Assembly: GCA_046498225.1 (NCBI GenBank)
Contig: JAWOBF010000065.1
Location: 1 to 34,587 of the forward strand
Source of the DNA: Candidatus Aegiribacteria sp.
Lineage (GTDB): Bacteria; Fermentibacterota; Fermentibacteria; Fermentibacterales; JCC-6
DNA: 34,587 nt
Reading direction: 5' to 3'
The translations under genes and the position numbers were made by a program. This document shows, one piece after another, positions 8,188 through 17,181 of this stretch. Under the pieces are notes generated by a model. That model was not told the origin of the DNA and did no database searches. It worked only from the letters and a program-made list of their open reading frames with translations. Numbering within the stretch: the stretch's first letter is position 1; each line of letters opens with the position of its first letter.

Positions 8188-9344
8188 CAGCTGTCTCCCT
8201 TCCTGGATGCTTCCATCAGTATTCGAGCGATCTCAGGCCTCGTGAATTCCGGCGGAGGCATCTCGCCGCGGGAGAGCATTGCGCGAACCTTCCTCCCCGC
8301 CAGGAAAACGTGATGTTCCGAATCGTGGGCGCATGTCTTCGATGTGGCCATTCCGCCGCATTTCCGGCAGTAGAAGGCATGCTCGAACCTGAGGGGAACT
8401 ATTCCCATCTCATCCGGGTCGAGGGTGTCGAAGATCAACTGTGCGTCGTAGGTTCCGTAGAAGTCCCCCACGCCTGCATGGTCCCTGCCCACTATGAAGT
8501 GGCTGCAGCCGTAGTTCTTTCGAAGAAGCGCGTGGAATATGGCTTCCCTGGGGCCGGCGTATCTCATGGCGGCGGGAAATACGCTCATGGCCACCCTGGT
8601 CGCGGGGTAGTAATCCTTGAGTATCTCCTCGTAGCAGCGCATTCTGACCTCCGCCGGTATGTCGCCCTCCTTGGTGTCTCCCACCAGGGGATGGAGGAGG
8701 AGTCCGTCGACTGTTTCCATGGCGCACTTCTGAATGTATTCGTGGGCTCTGTGAATGGGATTCCTGGTCTGAAAGGCCACCACGGTATTGAAACCTCTGG
8801 CGCGGAAAAGGACCCTGGTCTCCTTGGGGTCCAGCCGGTAGTTGGGGAAGCTCTCCGTTTCCCTGCGTCTGATCGAGCGGACCTTGCCGCCTATATAGTG
8901 TCCCTCCAGGGAGTTCAGATAGGCAACCCCGGGATGGGAGGGATCGGTGGTGCCGAGGGTCCTGTCAGCCTCCGCGGTCAGGTCCGCCTGAAAGATTTCC
9001 TCCACCAGCATGTCGCCCCATACCGCACCCTCCGCGTCACGCAGGCCCACGTGTTCTCCGGGGGAGACCTCGGGGTCCTCCCTCTTCACGGCGAAGACCA
9101 CCGGCAGCGACCATATCGGCCCCGAGGTGAGGTGCATGAGGTCAACTACCGATTCGTAGTCCTCTCTGCACATGAAACCCTCCAGGGGACTCATCGCTCC
9201 ATTGCCTATCATTTCCAGGTCGTTCTTCTCCCTGGCGTTGAGTGTGAGGTTCTTGCAGCCGCTGACCGCGGCGATGATCTCATCGGCTTCCTCGCCTTCG
9301 AACTGCCGGTCGACCAGTCTGCCTCCATGCGGGGGTACTAGCAT
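8187..9344 (-). CDS. sat: Sulfate adenylyltransferase (homo-oligomeric ATP sulfurylase)
   Basis: PHGGRL start, SPLEGFM, FQTRNPIHRAHEY, AGPREA, VGRDHAGVG, Zn-site CRKC..TCAH, PPEFTRPE. Confidence 0.97.
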   Translation of the reverse strand: MLVPPHGGRLVDRQFEGEEADEIIAAVSGCKNLTLNAREKNDLEMIGNGAMSPLEGFMCREDYESVVDLMHLTSGPIWSLPVVFAVKREDPEVSPGEHVGLRDAEGAVWGDMLVEEIFQADLTAEADRTLGTTDPSHPGVAYLNSLEGHYIGGKVRSIRRRETESFPNYRLDPKETRVLFRARGFNTVVAFQTRNPIHRAHEYIQKCAMETVDGLLLHPLVGDTKEGDIPAEVRMRCYEEILKDYYPATRVAMSVFPAAMRYAGPREAIFHALLRKNYGCSHFIVGRDHAGVGDFYGTYDAQLIFDTLDPDEMGIVPLRFEHAFYCRKCGGMATSKTCAHDSEHHVFLAGRKVRAMLSRGEMPPPEFTRPEIARILMEASRKGDS

Positions 9345-9430
9345 GTTGTAAGCCTTTCTTCAGATGTGACGTCATCGCAGGATATTCTCAAGGAGAGAGA
9401 ACTTATGGTATGAATGCTGGATCAACAGTA

Positions 9431-9438
9431 AATATAAT
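9431..9438. promoter_or_regulatory. Probable divergent -10 elements between sat and the ABC operon
   Basis: TATAAT at 9433-9438 (+) overlaps TATATT on the minus strand (9431-9436) in an AT-rich intergenic gap. -35 boxes are weak. Confidence 0.4.
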
Positions 9439-9522
9439 CCCCCCGGGCATTTTACGCCAGTTTCGGCGGCTGGTCGGGAGGAAGCTGTTTGAATATCTTC
9501 TTCCTACCATTTGAAAGGGGTG

Positions 9523-10407
9523 ATGATGGAGAAGCATCCGATTCAGGTAACAGACCTCCAAAAGTCATTCCACAGGAAGCTGGGCCTTTCAAGCTTCAAG
9601 GCGGTGGATTCTCTCGGGTTTCACCTGTCCCGGGGAGAGATACTGGGCTTCCTGGGACCCAACGGAGCCGGCAAGACCACAACCATAAAGTGCATACTGG
9701 GCCTGTTGAAACCCTCCTCCGGAAGCATTTCGCTGTGGGGGGACCCTCCGGGTTCGTCCCGAGTCAGGGGACGGATAGGATACGTCCCGGAGAACCCCGA
9801 TTACGAGGACCTGTTCACACCCATGGAGCTGATGATGATGTTCTCCTCCATGAGAGGGCTGGATATGGAGGAAGACCGCGCCGCGGCCATACTGTCCAGG
9901 GTGGGGCTGTCAGGCTGGGAGAAGGACAGGCTGAAGAACTTCTCAAAGGGCATGCGTCAGCGGGTCAGCCTGGCCCTGGCCCTTCAGTCGGACCCTGACA
10001 TGCTGATAATGGACGAACCCACGGGAGGACTGGACCCGGCGGCTCGCAAGGAATTCCGCGACATAATACTGCAGGAGAACGCCAGGGGCGCATCGGTTTT
10101 CCTCTCCTCGCACCTGCTGTCGGAGGTGGAGTCTATCTGCCACAGAGCGGTTATCCTGGCCGGAGGAAGAAAGGTGGCCGAGGGGGGAATGGAGGAGCTT
10201 CTTCGGACCGAGGACAACTACCTCGTAGCCTACATGCTCCCGGAAAGCGACCGGGGGGAAACCATGGAGATGACCGTGGCCGAGGAATCCCTGCAGGGGA
10301 CCATTGATGAACTGAGAAGGGACGGCTGCACCATAGTCCGGGTCGCACCGGTATACCGCAGCCTGGAGGAGGTCTTTCTCTCCGCCACCGGTGGAGGTGA
10401 CCGATGA
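9523..10407 (+). CDS. ABC transporter ATP-binding protein (PilH/CcmA-like exporter type)
   Basis: Walker A GPNGAGKTT, signature FSKGMRQ, Walker B LIMDEP, SSH switch, C-terminal SLEEVF. Start may be 9511, 9523 or 9526. Confidence 0.95.
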   Translation: MMEKHPIQVTDLQKSFHRKLGLSSFKAVDSLGFHLSRGEILGFLGPNGAGKTTTIKCILGLLKPSSGSISLWGDPPGSSRVRGRIGYVPENPDYEDLFTPMELMMMFSSMRGLDMEEDRAAAILSRVGLSGWEKDRLKNFSKGMRQRVSLALALQSDPDMLIMDEPTGGLDPAARKEFRDIILQENARGASVFLSSHLLSEVESICHRAVILAGGRKVAEGGMEELLRTEDNYLVAYMLPESDRGETMEMTVAEESLQGTIDELRRDGCTIVRVAPVYRSLEEVFLSATGGGDR

Positions 10408-11159
10408 AACCGGTCATGACATTCGCCCGAATGACGCTGAGAAGCCTTCTGAGACGCAGGACCATATGGGGCATCAGCATAGTCATACTCATCGCCCTGG
10501 TAGGAATAGGCCAGGTCCCGGGATTCGGTGTCTCCAACCAGGGCAGGTTCATGCTTGATTTCGGACTGTTCGGCCTGGAGATAGGGGCTCTTCTGCTGGC
10601 CATAGGCCTGGCCTCCAACATCTATCCCAGGGACCGGGAGAGAAAGACCGTCATGCCGCTGATAGCGGTTCCGCTCTCCCGCGGCCAGTACCTCATGGGC
10701 AGGTTCACCGGGGCCGCGCTGGTTCAGGCGGCCGCCATGCTCACGGGATGCGTGGGACTGATGCTCGTTCTGCTTGTCAACGGCCACCGGGTCCCGCCGG
10801 ACCTTTTCCCCGCCACCGGACTTCTGGTGGTGGAGGGATGGTTCCTGCTGGCGGTGGTCTTCTTCTTCAGCTTCTGGACCTCCCCACCGCTGAACGCACC
10901 CCTTACCGTGCTTCTGTTCATAGTTTCCCAGATGTCAGTGACCGGGTTCGTGGGCCTGATGCCCACAGCGCCCGGGGTCATGCGGACACTTCGTCTGCTT
11001 CTTCCACACATGGACGTATTCCACATAAAGGACCCCATAGCTCACGGAATAGGGATACCGGGCCTCTACTTCATTCTGGCCATTCTGTACGGCCTTTCCT
11101 ACATGGCCTTCATGCTGGCGGTGGCGCTGGCGGTATTCAGGGGCAGGGACCTCAAATGA
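10404..11159 (+). CDS. ABC-2 type transporter permease (PilI-like)
   Basis: About six TM helices, cytoplasmic motif DRERKTVMPLIAVPLSRGQYLMGRF, C-terminal FRGRDL. ATGA overlap. Confidence 0.9.
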   Translation: MKPVMTFARMTLRSLLRRRTIWGISIVILIALVGIGQVPGFGVSNQGRFMLDFGLFGLEIGALLLAIGLASNIYPRDRERKTVMPLIAVPLSRGQYLMGRFTGAALVQAAAMLTGCVGLMLVLLVNGHRVPPDLFPATGLLVVEGWFLLAVVFFFSFWTSPPLNAPLTVLLFIVSQMSVTGFVGLMPTAPGVMRTLRLLLPHMDVFHIKDPIAHGIGIPGLYFILAILYGLSYMAFMLAVALAVFRGRDLK

Positions 11160-11518
11160 GAGCGGCAACCGCTGTTCTCCTTCTCTTCCTGCTGGTCACG
11201 GCGGGATGCAGGACGGATTACGACATAGAGGAGGTGGCTTCATCCGAACACCTGGGTGAGGAACATATGCACGATGAACATGACCATATGCATGAGGAGC
11301 ATCAGCAGGATGAACATGAGGATGAGGATGCCGGTCTCACCGGCAGCGACAGGCACGTGCACGAAGCGGGGGTAAGGAACCACGGGACTGAATGGTTCTT
11401 CAACCAGCCCTGGGCCGCCAGCTTCATATGGGGGAAGATGCTCAGGGATTCACTTGTACTGCTCGCTCTCGCCGCTGCCATTGCCTTTCTTTCAGGCCGA
11501 AGGAGCAGACAGCGTTGA
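11156..11518 (+). CDS. His/Glu/Asp-rich putative lipoprotein with C-terminal TM helix
   Basis: Likely start is the ATG at 11156 (ATGA overlap). MRAATAVLLLFLLVTAGC lipobox, EHLGEEHMHDEHDHMHEEHQQDEHEDED tract, HVHE, RNHGTEWFFNQPWAA, hydrophobic tail then RRSRQR. Confidence 0.75.
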   Translation: MRAATAVLLLFLLVTAGCRTDYDIEEVASSEHLGEEHMHDEHDHMHEEHQQDEHEDEDAGLTGSDRHVHEAGVRNHGTEWFFNQPWAASFIWGKMLRDSLVLLALAAAIAFLSGRRSRQR

Positions 11519-12174
11519 AGAAGGGGTGGAGTCTCTGGCTGTTCGCCCTGCTCTTCCTCGCTGTGGCGGTGATAACCGGCAGGATGGCCACCATGGGAAC
11601 CGCCGCCGGGGACAGGGCCGCGGTGGAGACCATCACGGCCGGCACCGGCCAGCTGGGCCGAATCCTGGCCGATCTTCTGTGGATACAGCTGGACCGATAT
11701 CACCACATCTGGATGTACCAGGGTCACAGATGGCAGACCGCCACGGATTACCTTCCCCAGCTGTGGCTGATAACAAAGCTCAACCCGCAGTTCCCGGATG
11801 CCTATATAGACGGCGGACACCATCTCGCGGTGAACCTGGACAAGCCGGAGGAGGGTTTCAGGCTCCTCGACCGCGGGATAAGGAACTGCCCGGACAACGA
11901 GAGGGTCTACTGGGAGAGGATGATAGTGCTGTGGGAGACCGGCTACCGGGGGGCCAGGGGAACCCGTCTGGCGGCCTGGGACTACCTGGAGCTGGTCAGG
12001 AGGAAGAGGGGCCGGATATCGGAGCCGTGGAACGAGGCAAACGCCGCCATGATACTGGGATTCACTTTCAGTGGCGACAGCCTCAGGAGGAACAGCTCCG
12101 TCATCTCCCGCAGGTACGATGAACGGGCGGAATTCATCAGATCCGCCCGGCGCAGCGGTCTGTGGACCGATTGA
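11515..12174 (+). CDS. Membrane-anchored TPR-like protein (PilG-like ABC accessory family)
   Basis: TTG start overlapping the previous TGA. N-terminal TM, ADLLWIQ, ITKLNPQFPDAYIDGGHHLA, EGFRLLDRGIRNCP, a pattern typical of proteins encoded beside PilH/PilI-like ABC genes. Confidence 0.7.
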   Translation: MKKGWSLWLFALLFLAVAVITGRMATMGTAAGDRAAVETITAGTGQLGRILADLLWIQLDRYHHIWMYQGHRWQTATDYLPQLWLITKLNPQFPDAYIDGGHHLAVNLDKPEEGFRLLDRGIRNCPDNERVYWERMIVLWETGYRGARGTRLAAWDYLELVRRKRGRISEPWNEANAAMILGFTFSGDSLRRNSSVISRRYDERAEFIRSARRSGLWTD

Positions 12175-12183
12175 ACGCCGTCC

Positions 12184-13995
12184 TCAGGAGGAGTCCCCGG
12201 CCTTCCTGAAATGATCATGGACCGTCAGGGCCCTGGCCCTTCCCACTCCCGGGACTTCCATTATCTCCTCCACAGATGCAGCGGCTATCCTTTCCGCGCT
12301 TCCGAAATGGGTGAGCAGCCTTATCCTGGTGGCCGAGCCTATCCCGGGAATGTCATCCAGCACCGACCTGAGGCTTCCCTTCGACCTTCTCTGCTGATGG
12401 TAATGAAGGACGAAGCGGTGCGCCTCGTCCCTTACGCTCCGGAGGAACGACAGCGGAGTTGATTCCATGGGAAGCCTTATCCGTCTCTCGCCTTCCCCAT
12501 CTATCAGCAGCTCCTCTTTCTTCGCTATGGAGACGAACTTCACGGCGTCCTTCCATTCGCTGCCCGCGTCCACCGCCGCTCTCAGCTGGGTAATACCTCC
12601 GTCAACCAGGAAAATGTCCGGGTATTCCCCCTCCAGTGAGCGCAGGTACCGTCGAACGGCGGCGGCTATCATGGCCGGGTCGTTCCTTCCTATTTCCTCG
12701 GTCATGGAGAACCGGCGGTACCCTCCCCTGTCGGGACAGCCGCCGCGGAAACTGACCACGGCGGCCACCGGCCAGGACCCCTGGATGGTGGAGGCGTCGA
12801 GACAGACTATCCATTCCGGCGGCGAATCCAGGTGGAAGACGTCCGCCAGGCTCTCGAGCGCCGCCTCCACCCTTCCCCTGCCGCCGGCGGGGTGCTGCCA
12901 GCTGAGCCTGACCAGGAACTGATCGAGGTTCTTCATGGCAAGGTCCAGCAGTTCCCTGCCCCCGCCCCTCCTGGGAACGCCAATGGTCACAGCCGCCCCC
13001 CTTCTGCGCGAGAGCCATTCGCACAGTGACTTTCCGTCATCCGGCCGTTCCTGCGCCAGTATTTCACCCGGAATGTCCTCCGTCCGGGAGTAGTAGCTTC
13101 GCAGGAGAGTGGAGAGCAGCTCAGGCGCTGGAGCCGGCTTCCACCTGCCTTCGAAGGGTATCCTCACCACGCAGGTTACCCTTCCGCCGCGGACCCTCAT
13201 TATTACGCCCCAGTTCTCCCTCACAGCGGCCACGTCCCGGTTGACCCTGTCATGGATGCTCTCCGGGGCCGGCCAGCCGAAACTGCCCAGCCGGGCTATG
13301 AGGTCCCGGAGCCTGGCCGCCTCCTCGAAATCACGGTTACGGGAAGCGTCGCTCATGAGCTGTTCCAGGCGGGTTCTTGCCCAGTCCCAGTCGCCTCTGA
13401 GTATTCGAATGACCTGCATGACATTCTCATGGTATTCCCCGCGGGGCAGGGACCCGCTGCAGGGGGCGGGGCATTTTCCCATCTGACCCATGAGACAGGG
13501 CCTGGAAGTCCGGGGAGGATTCGGCCCCGAACACCTTCTCAGGGGGCTTGTCTCAAGGAGGAATTCCACCAGTTTCCTCAGATTTCGCGCGTCCGGATAG
13601 GGACCGAACCTCGGACGTTCACGGGGATTGCTCCTCTCCCTGGTCACCTGCAGCCTGGGCCATTCCTCATCGGTGGTCATCTCAAGGTAGGGATACCTGC
13701 CGGAAGTCCTGAGCCGCACGTTCAGGGGAGGTTTCCTTATCCTTATCAGTTCGGCCTCCAGGACCAGGGCCTCCACCTCGTCCCTGGTAATGGTCCACTC
13801 AACGGAGACGGAACGTTCCAGGAGGAGCTGGTGGCGGGCATCGCCGCTTCCGGACAGGTGACCCATCAGCCTCTTCCTGAGGCTTCTGGCCTTTCCTATG
13901 TAGAGGACCCCGCCGCCGGTGTCCAGAAAGCTGTAGACCCCGGGCAGATCCGGCGCCCTCCCAGCTGCGCTTCTGAGGCTATCTGATACTGCCAC
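12184..13995 (-). CDS. uvrC: Excinuclease ABC subunit C
   Basis: GIY-YIG domain (PGVY, YIGKA), FGPYP, four-Cys motif, UVR domain FEEAARLRD, RNase H-like domain (VDGG, AKKEE, RDEAHRF), HhH IPGIG and VPGVG. Confidence 0.97.
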   Translation of the reverse strand: MAVSDSLRSAAGRAPDLPGVYSFLDTGGGVLYIGKARSLRKRLMGHLSGSGDARHQLLLERSVSVEWTITRDEVEALVLEAELIRIRKPPLNVRLRTSGRYPYLEMTTDEEWPRLQVTRERSNPRERPRFGPYPDARNLRKLVEFLLETSPLRRCSGPNPPRTSRPCLMGQMGKCPAPCSGSLPRGEYHENVMQVIRILRGDWDWARTRLEQLMSDASRNRDFEEAARLRDLIARLGSFGWPAPESIHDRVNRDVAAVRENWGVIMRVRGGRVTCVVRIPFEGRWKPAPAPELLSTLLRSYYSRTEDIPGEILAQERPDDGKSLCEWLSRRRGAAVTIGVPRRGGGRELLDLAMKNLDQFLVRLSWQHPAGGRGRVEAALESLADVFHLDSPPEWIVCLDASTIQGSWPVAAVVSFRGGCPDRGGYRRFSMTEEIGRNDPAMIAAAVRRYLRSLEGEYPDIFLVDGGITQLRAAVDAGSEWKDAVKFVSIAKKEELLIDGEGERRIRLPMESTPLSFLRSVRDEAHRFVLHYHQQRRSKGSLRSVLDDIPGIGSATRIRLLTHFGSAERIAAASVEEIMEVPGVGRARALTVHDHFRKAGDSS

Positions 13996-15655
13996 GTCGG
14001 AAAGCCAGGAAGAAAACGGACCTGGCCGCGCTGCCCCCGGCCAGGGCGAATACGGCCAGGAATGCTCCAGTGGCCGCCGAAGAGGCCGCCAGTATGGAGA
14101 CTACCCCCCTCAGTGCGGAAACGGATGATGCTCCCGCCACCCATGGCAGAAGGAGCGCAACTATCAGCAGCGATGCCGCCGCCGCGGGAAGCATGGACAG
14201 CCAGGCCCTCCTGCTCGCGGGCACGATTCCCCCCAGCCGCCTTCTCAGCGTTATCCTGAGGATGACGAAATTTACCAGGGAGGCGACGCTGGTGGCCAGC
14301 GCAAGGCCGGCCAGGGGTTCCGCGAGGCCGGTCCTGATGAACATTATGGTGAAAACGACGTTAAGGATTATGTTGAGACCCATGCATCCCACCGCTATCT
14401 TCACCGGGGTCCTGGTGTCCTTCATGGCGTAGAAGACGGGAACGGTTATCTTCACCGCCCCGTAGAACAGGAGACCGGCGGAATAGTATGCCAGGGCGGA
14501 ACTGGTGAGGATGGTGGACTGCTGAGTGAAGGCTCCCCTGGCCAGGAGCACCTCGACTACAGGCCTGGCCAGCAGGACCATGCATATGGTGGCCGGTATC
14601 ATGAACGCCGCCAGGGCCAGGGTGGCCTTGCCCAGTGTCCTTCCAGCGTCCCTGAGCTTCCCGCTGGAGGTCTGCCTGCTGAGAGTGGGCAGAAGCGCGG
14701 TGGCAAGCGAAATGGCGAACACACCCTGGGGGAACTGCATGATTCGGTTGCCGTAGGCCAGGGCGGCCACGCTCCCCGGTTCCAGCATTGAAGCTATCAT
14801 CTTGTCGATTATTATGTTGACCTCAGCCGCCAGAAGACCTACCAGCGCCGGAAAGGCCAGTTTCCCTATCCTTCTTATCTTCGGGGTGGACCAGTTGAAG
14901 TCCGGCCTGAAGCTGAAGCCCCTTCTCCTCAGTGCAGGTATCTGGACAAGGAGCTGCAGGACACCTCCGAACAGGACGCCTATTGAGTATCCCCATACCG
15001 GCTGCCGGGGGAATATCCACCGGGAGAGCAGCAGAATTCCGGCCAGGGCGGATAGGTTGAACAGAATGGGAGCGCTGGCGGGAGCTGTGAAATGGCGGTG
15101 CGCATGGAGTATGCCTCCCACCACCGCGGCGCACCCAACCACCAGGATGTAGGGGAAAAGAAGCCGCAGGAGTCCGGTGGCCAGCTGGGTCTTGCCGGGT
15201 ATTTCGGCGAACCCGGGCGCGAAAAGTCTTACCAGAAGCGGAGCGGCTATCATGCCCGCCGCCACCAGCACCAGCAGGACGGTCCCCACCAGGGTCAGTA
15301 TTCGGCTGCCCAGCCTGAAGGCGTCCCTCCTGCTGTCCTTTCCCAGGGTTTCCACGTATGTGGGAACGAAGGCGGCGCTGGTGGTGGATTCTCCGAAGAG
15401 CCGCCTGAGGGTGTTGGGTATGATGAAGCCCAGAGTGAAGGCGTCCGCAGCCATGCCGGTACCCAGTATGGCCGCCTGGGCGATATCCCTGAGAAGTCCC
15501 AGGATCCGGCTGGTGACCGTCAGGCCGCCCATGAGGCCGGTAGCCCTGGCTATTCGAGTGGCCTCCTCGACCGGGGTCCCGAGATCGTCGACTCCCCTCC
15601 CGTCCAGGTCCGGATGCTCTGTCTTCATCTGTCCCCTTCCATCGTCAGCCGTCAC
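13979..15655 (-). CDS. murJ: Lipid II flippase MurJ (MviN)
   Basis: SRILGLLRD, ADAF, IPNTLRRLFGE, AFVP, RIMQFPQGVF, FYAMKDTRTP. Alternative start at ATG 15628. Confidence 0.95.
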   Translation of the reverse strand: MTADDGRGQMKTEHPDLDGRGVDDLGTPVEEATRIARATGLMGGLTVTSRILGLLRDIAQAAILGTGMAADAFTLGFIIPNTLRRLFGESTTSAAFVPTYVETLGKDSRRDAFRLGSRILTLVGTVLLVLVAAGMIAAPLLVRLFAPGFAEIPGKTQLATGLLRLLFPYILVVGCAAVVGGILHAHRHFTAPASAPILFNLSALAGILLLSRWIFPRQPVWGYSIGVLFGGVLQLLVQIPALRRRGFSFRPDFNWSTPKIRRIGKLAFPALVGLLAAEVNIIIDKMIASMLEPGSVAALAYGNRIMQFPQGVFAISLATALLPTLSRQTSSGKLRDAGRTLGKATLALAAFMIPATICMVLLARPVVEVLLARGAFTQQSTILTSSALAYYSAGLLFYGAVKITVPVFYAMKDTRTPVKIAVGCMGLNIILNVVFTIMFIRTGLAEPLAGLALATSVASLVNFVILRITLRRRLGGIVPASRRAWLSMLPAAAASLLIVALLLPWVAGASSVSALRGVVSILAASSAATGAFLAVFALAGGSAARSVFFLAFRRGSIR

Positions 15656-17181
15656 GGATTTCCGCCACTCTCAAGTATCGGTCCAAGCTCCTCTCGAAGC
15701 AACGGGTTCAGAAGCGCCGCCCTTTCGGCGGCGTTCACCGATTCACGGTACCTTCCCGCCGACCATAGAGAGACAGCGTAGTTCTTCCACAGGGTCGGAG
15801 AATCCGGCGCGAGCCGCAGAGCCATCTGGAACTCCTCCATCCCCTCCCGCCTGAATCCCGACATGGAGAGCAGCGCTCCCCTCACGTTGTGCAGGTCGGC
15901 CCCATGGTATCCCCTGCGGGAGGCGTCCCGAAGATATTCCATCGATGAGGCAGGGTCACCGGATTGCAGCAGATGCTGCGCGGCCAGCATGGATGTGAGG
16001 CCGGATCTCACCTTCCCGGGGTAAGTTAACAGCAGTGATATAAGAACGATGGCAACCGCCGGGACCATGCTTCTCAACAGAATCCTGCCATTAGGGACAG
16101 CGGAAGCGGCCAGGAACCAGAAGGCTGGAAGGACCGATGTCCTGTACCTGGCGGAGGGAAAGAACAGAAAAGACGTTATCACACCTGAGACGATGACAGA
16201 TACCGCTATCAGCTTCCAGTAGCCGTTCCTCCCACGGAAAGCCGCGGATAATCCCAGGGAGACGGCTCCGAGTGTCAGGGGGAGCAGAAGGACCAGCAGG
16301 GTTTTCCTCATCAACCAGCCGGTTTCCACGTTCCTGCCGTGTCCGGGCAGGGCGAAGAAGGACAGAGCTTTCACAGCGCCCATGCCCAGCCACTCCACGG
16401 GGCGGGAACGTATCTCCTCCAGGGCCCGTTCCAGGAAGACCCTGTCACCGCTTTGGGGGCTGCCACCGGTTGACATCAGTTCCTCGTACTCGACACCGGG
16501 GGGTGTGGCAAGCAGTTCCCACCGGCTGCCCATCCAGAGATTTCCACCTCCGTTTGCCGCTATCACCGGTCCCGCGCCGGCAAGCAGGTTTATCAGCACC
16601 ACCGGAAGCACGGCGACGGCCGCGAGGGAGGTGAATACGGCCCACCTTCGAAGGTGATGCCTGAAGGACAGGGCCAGAAGCACGACGGGTATGATGACGA
16701 ACTCCGCCCTGAACAGCATGGCGGTCCCCGCCAGGAACCCCGCCGGGCCGTACCTCTGCCTGACCGCGAAAAGCAGTGAGAACGAAAGCAGAGCAGCCGC
16801 TGGCACCGCGGGCAGTATCTGGAACCCGTAGAGAACCATGAAAGGTGAAAGGGCAAGGCCAGCCGCGCAGAAACCGGCGAAGCGGTGGTTTCTTCCCAGG
16901 GCAAGGTAGAGCGCCAGCGCCGGAAGGAGCGACAGAACGGACAGGATGGCCCTGGAGATGAGCACGTTCTCACGGACATTCAGGAGCATAGCTGCGACGA
17001 ACATTCCGGGTGGTCGTGAGAAGCCCTCAACGCCCGGGACGAAGGGACTCATGCTGTAGGTGCTCTCGTCTACGTACAGTCCTTCCTGCGGAAGCAGGCC
17101 GTCAACGGTGAAGAACACCATGACTCTCAGACATATCGCCGCCGCCACAAGGAGCAGGGGAAGAATGCCCGGAAGCTTCAC
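15652..17181 (-). CDS. GT-C fold (ArnT/PMT-like) polytopic membrane glycosyltransferase with C-terminal TPRs
   Basis: Likely GTG start at 17181 (GTGA overlap). YVDESTY acidic motif after TM1, SRPPG, NGGGNLWMG loop, ARYR, TPR repeats (HNVRGALL..ALRLAPDSPTLWKNYAVSL). Confidence 0.7.
   Translation of the reverse strand: MKLPGILPLLLVAAAICLRVMVFFTVDGLLPQEGLYVDESTYSMSPFVPGVEGFSRPPGMFVAAMLLNVRENVLISRAILSVLSLLPALALYLALGRNHRFAGFCAAGLALSPFMVLYGFQILPAVPAAALLSFSLLFAVRQRYGPAGFLAGTAMLFRAEFVIIPVVLLALSFRHHLRRWAVFTSLAAVAVLPVVLINLLAGAGPVIAANGGGNLWMGSRWELLATPPGVEYEELMSTGGSPQSGDRVFLERALEEIRSRPVEWLGMGAVKALSFFALPGHGRNVETGWLMRKTLLVLLLPLTLGAVSLGLSAAFRGRNGYWKLIAVSVIVSGVITSFLFFPSARYRTSVLPAFWFLAASAVPNGRILLRSMVPAVAIVLISLLLTYPGKVRSGLTSMLAAQHLLQSGDPASSMEYLRDASRRGYHGADLHNVRGALLSMSGFRREGMEEFQMALRLAPDSPTLWKNYAVSLWSAGRYRESVNAAERAALLNPLLREELGPILESGGNP

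Noticed and set aside
8310..9341. 343-aa plus-strand ORF opposite sat, and many similar long antisense ORFs across the window
   Set aside because: No recognisable motifs. Long shadow frames are expected at this GC content and codon bias.
9365..9379. TGTGACGTCATCGCA upstream of sat, resembling a CRP/FNR site and containing the palindrome TGACGTCA
   Set aside because: Half-site spacing is 5 nt rather than 6, and a single 8-bp palindrome can arise by chance. It cannot be assigned, including as an operator for the RHH protein.
11245..11330. Short imperfect DNA repeats
   Set aside because: They are His/Glu/Asp codons in a low-complexity protein tract, not a CRISPR array or a regulatory repeat.
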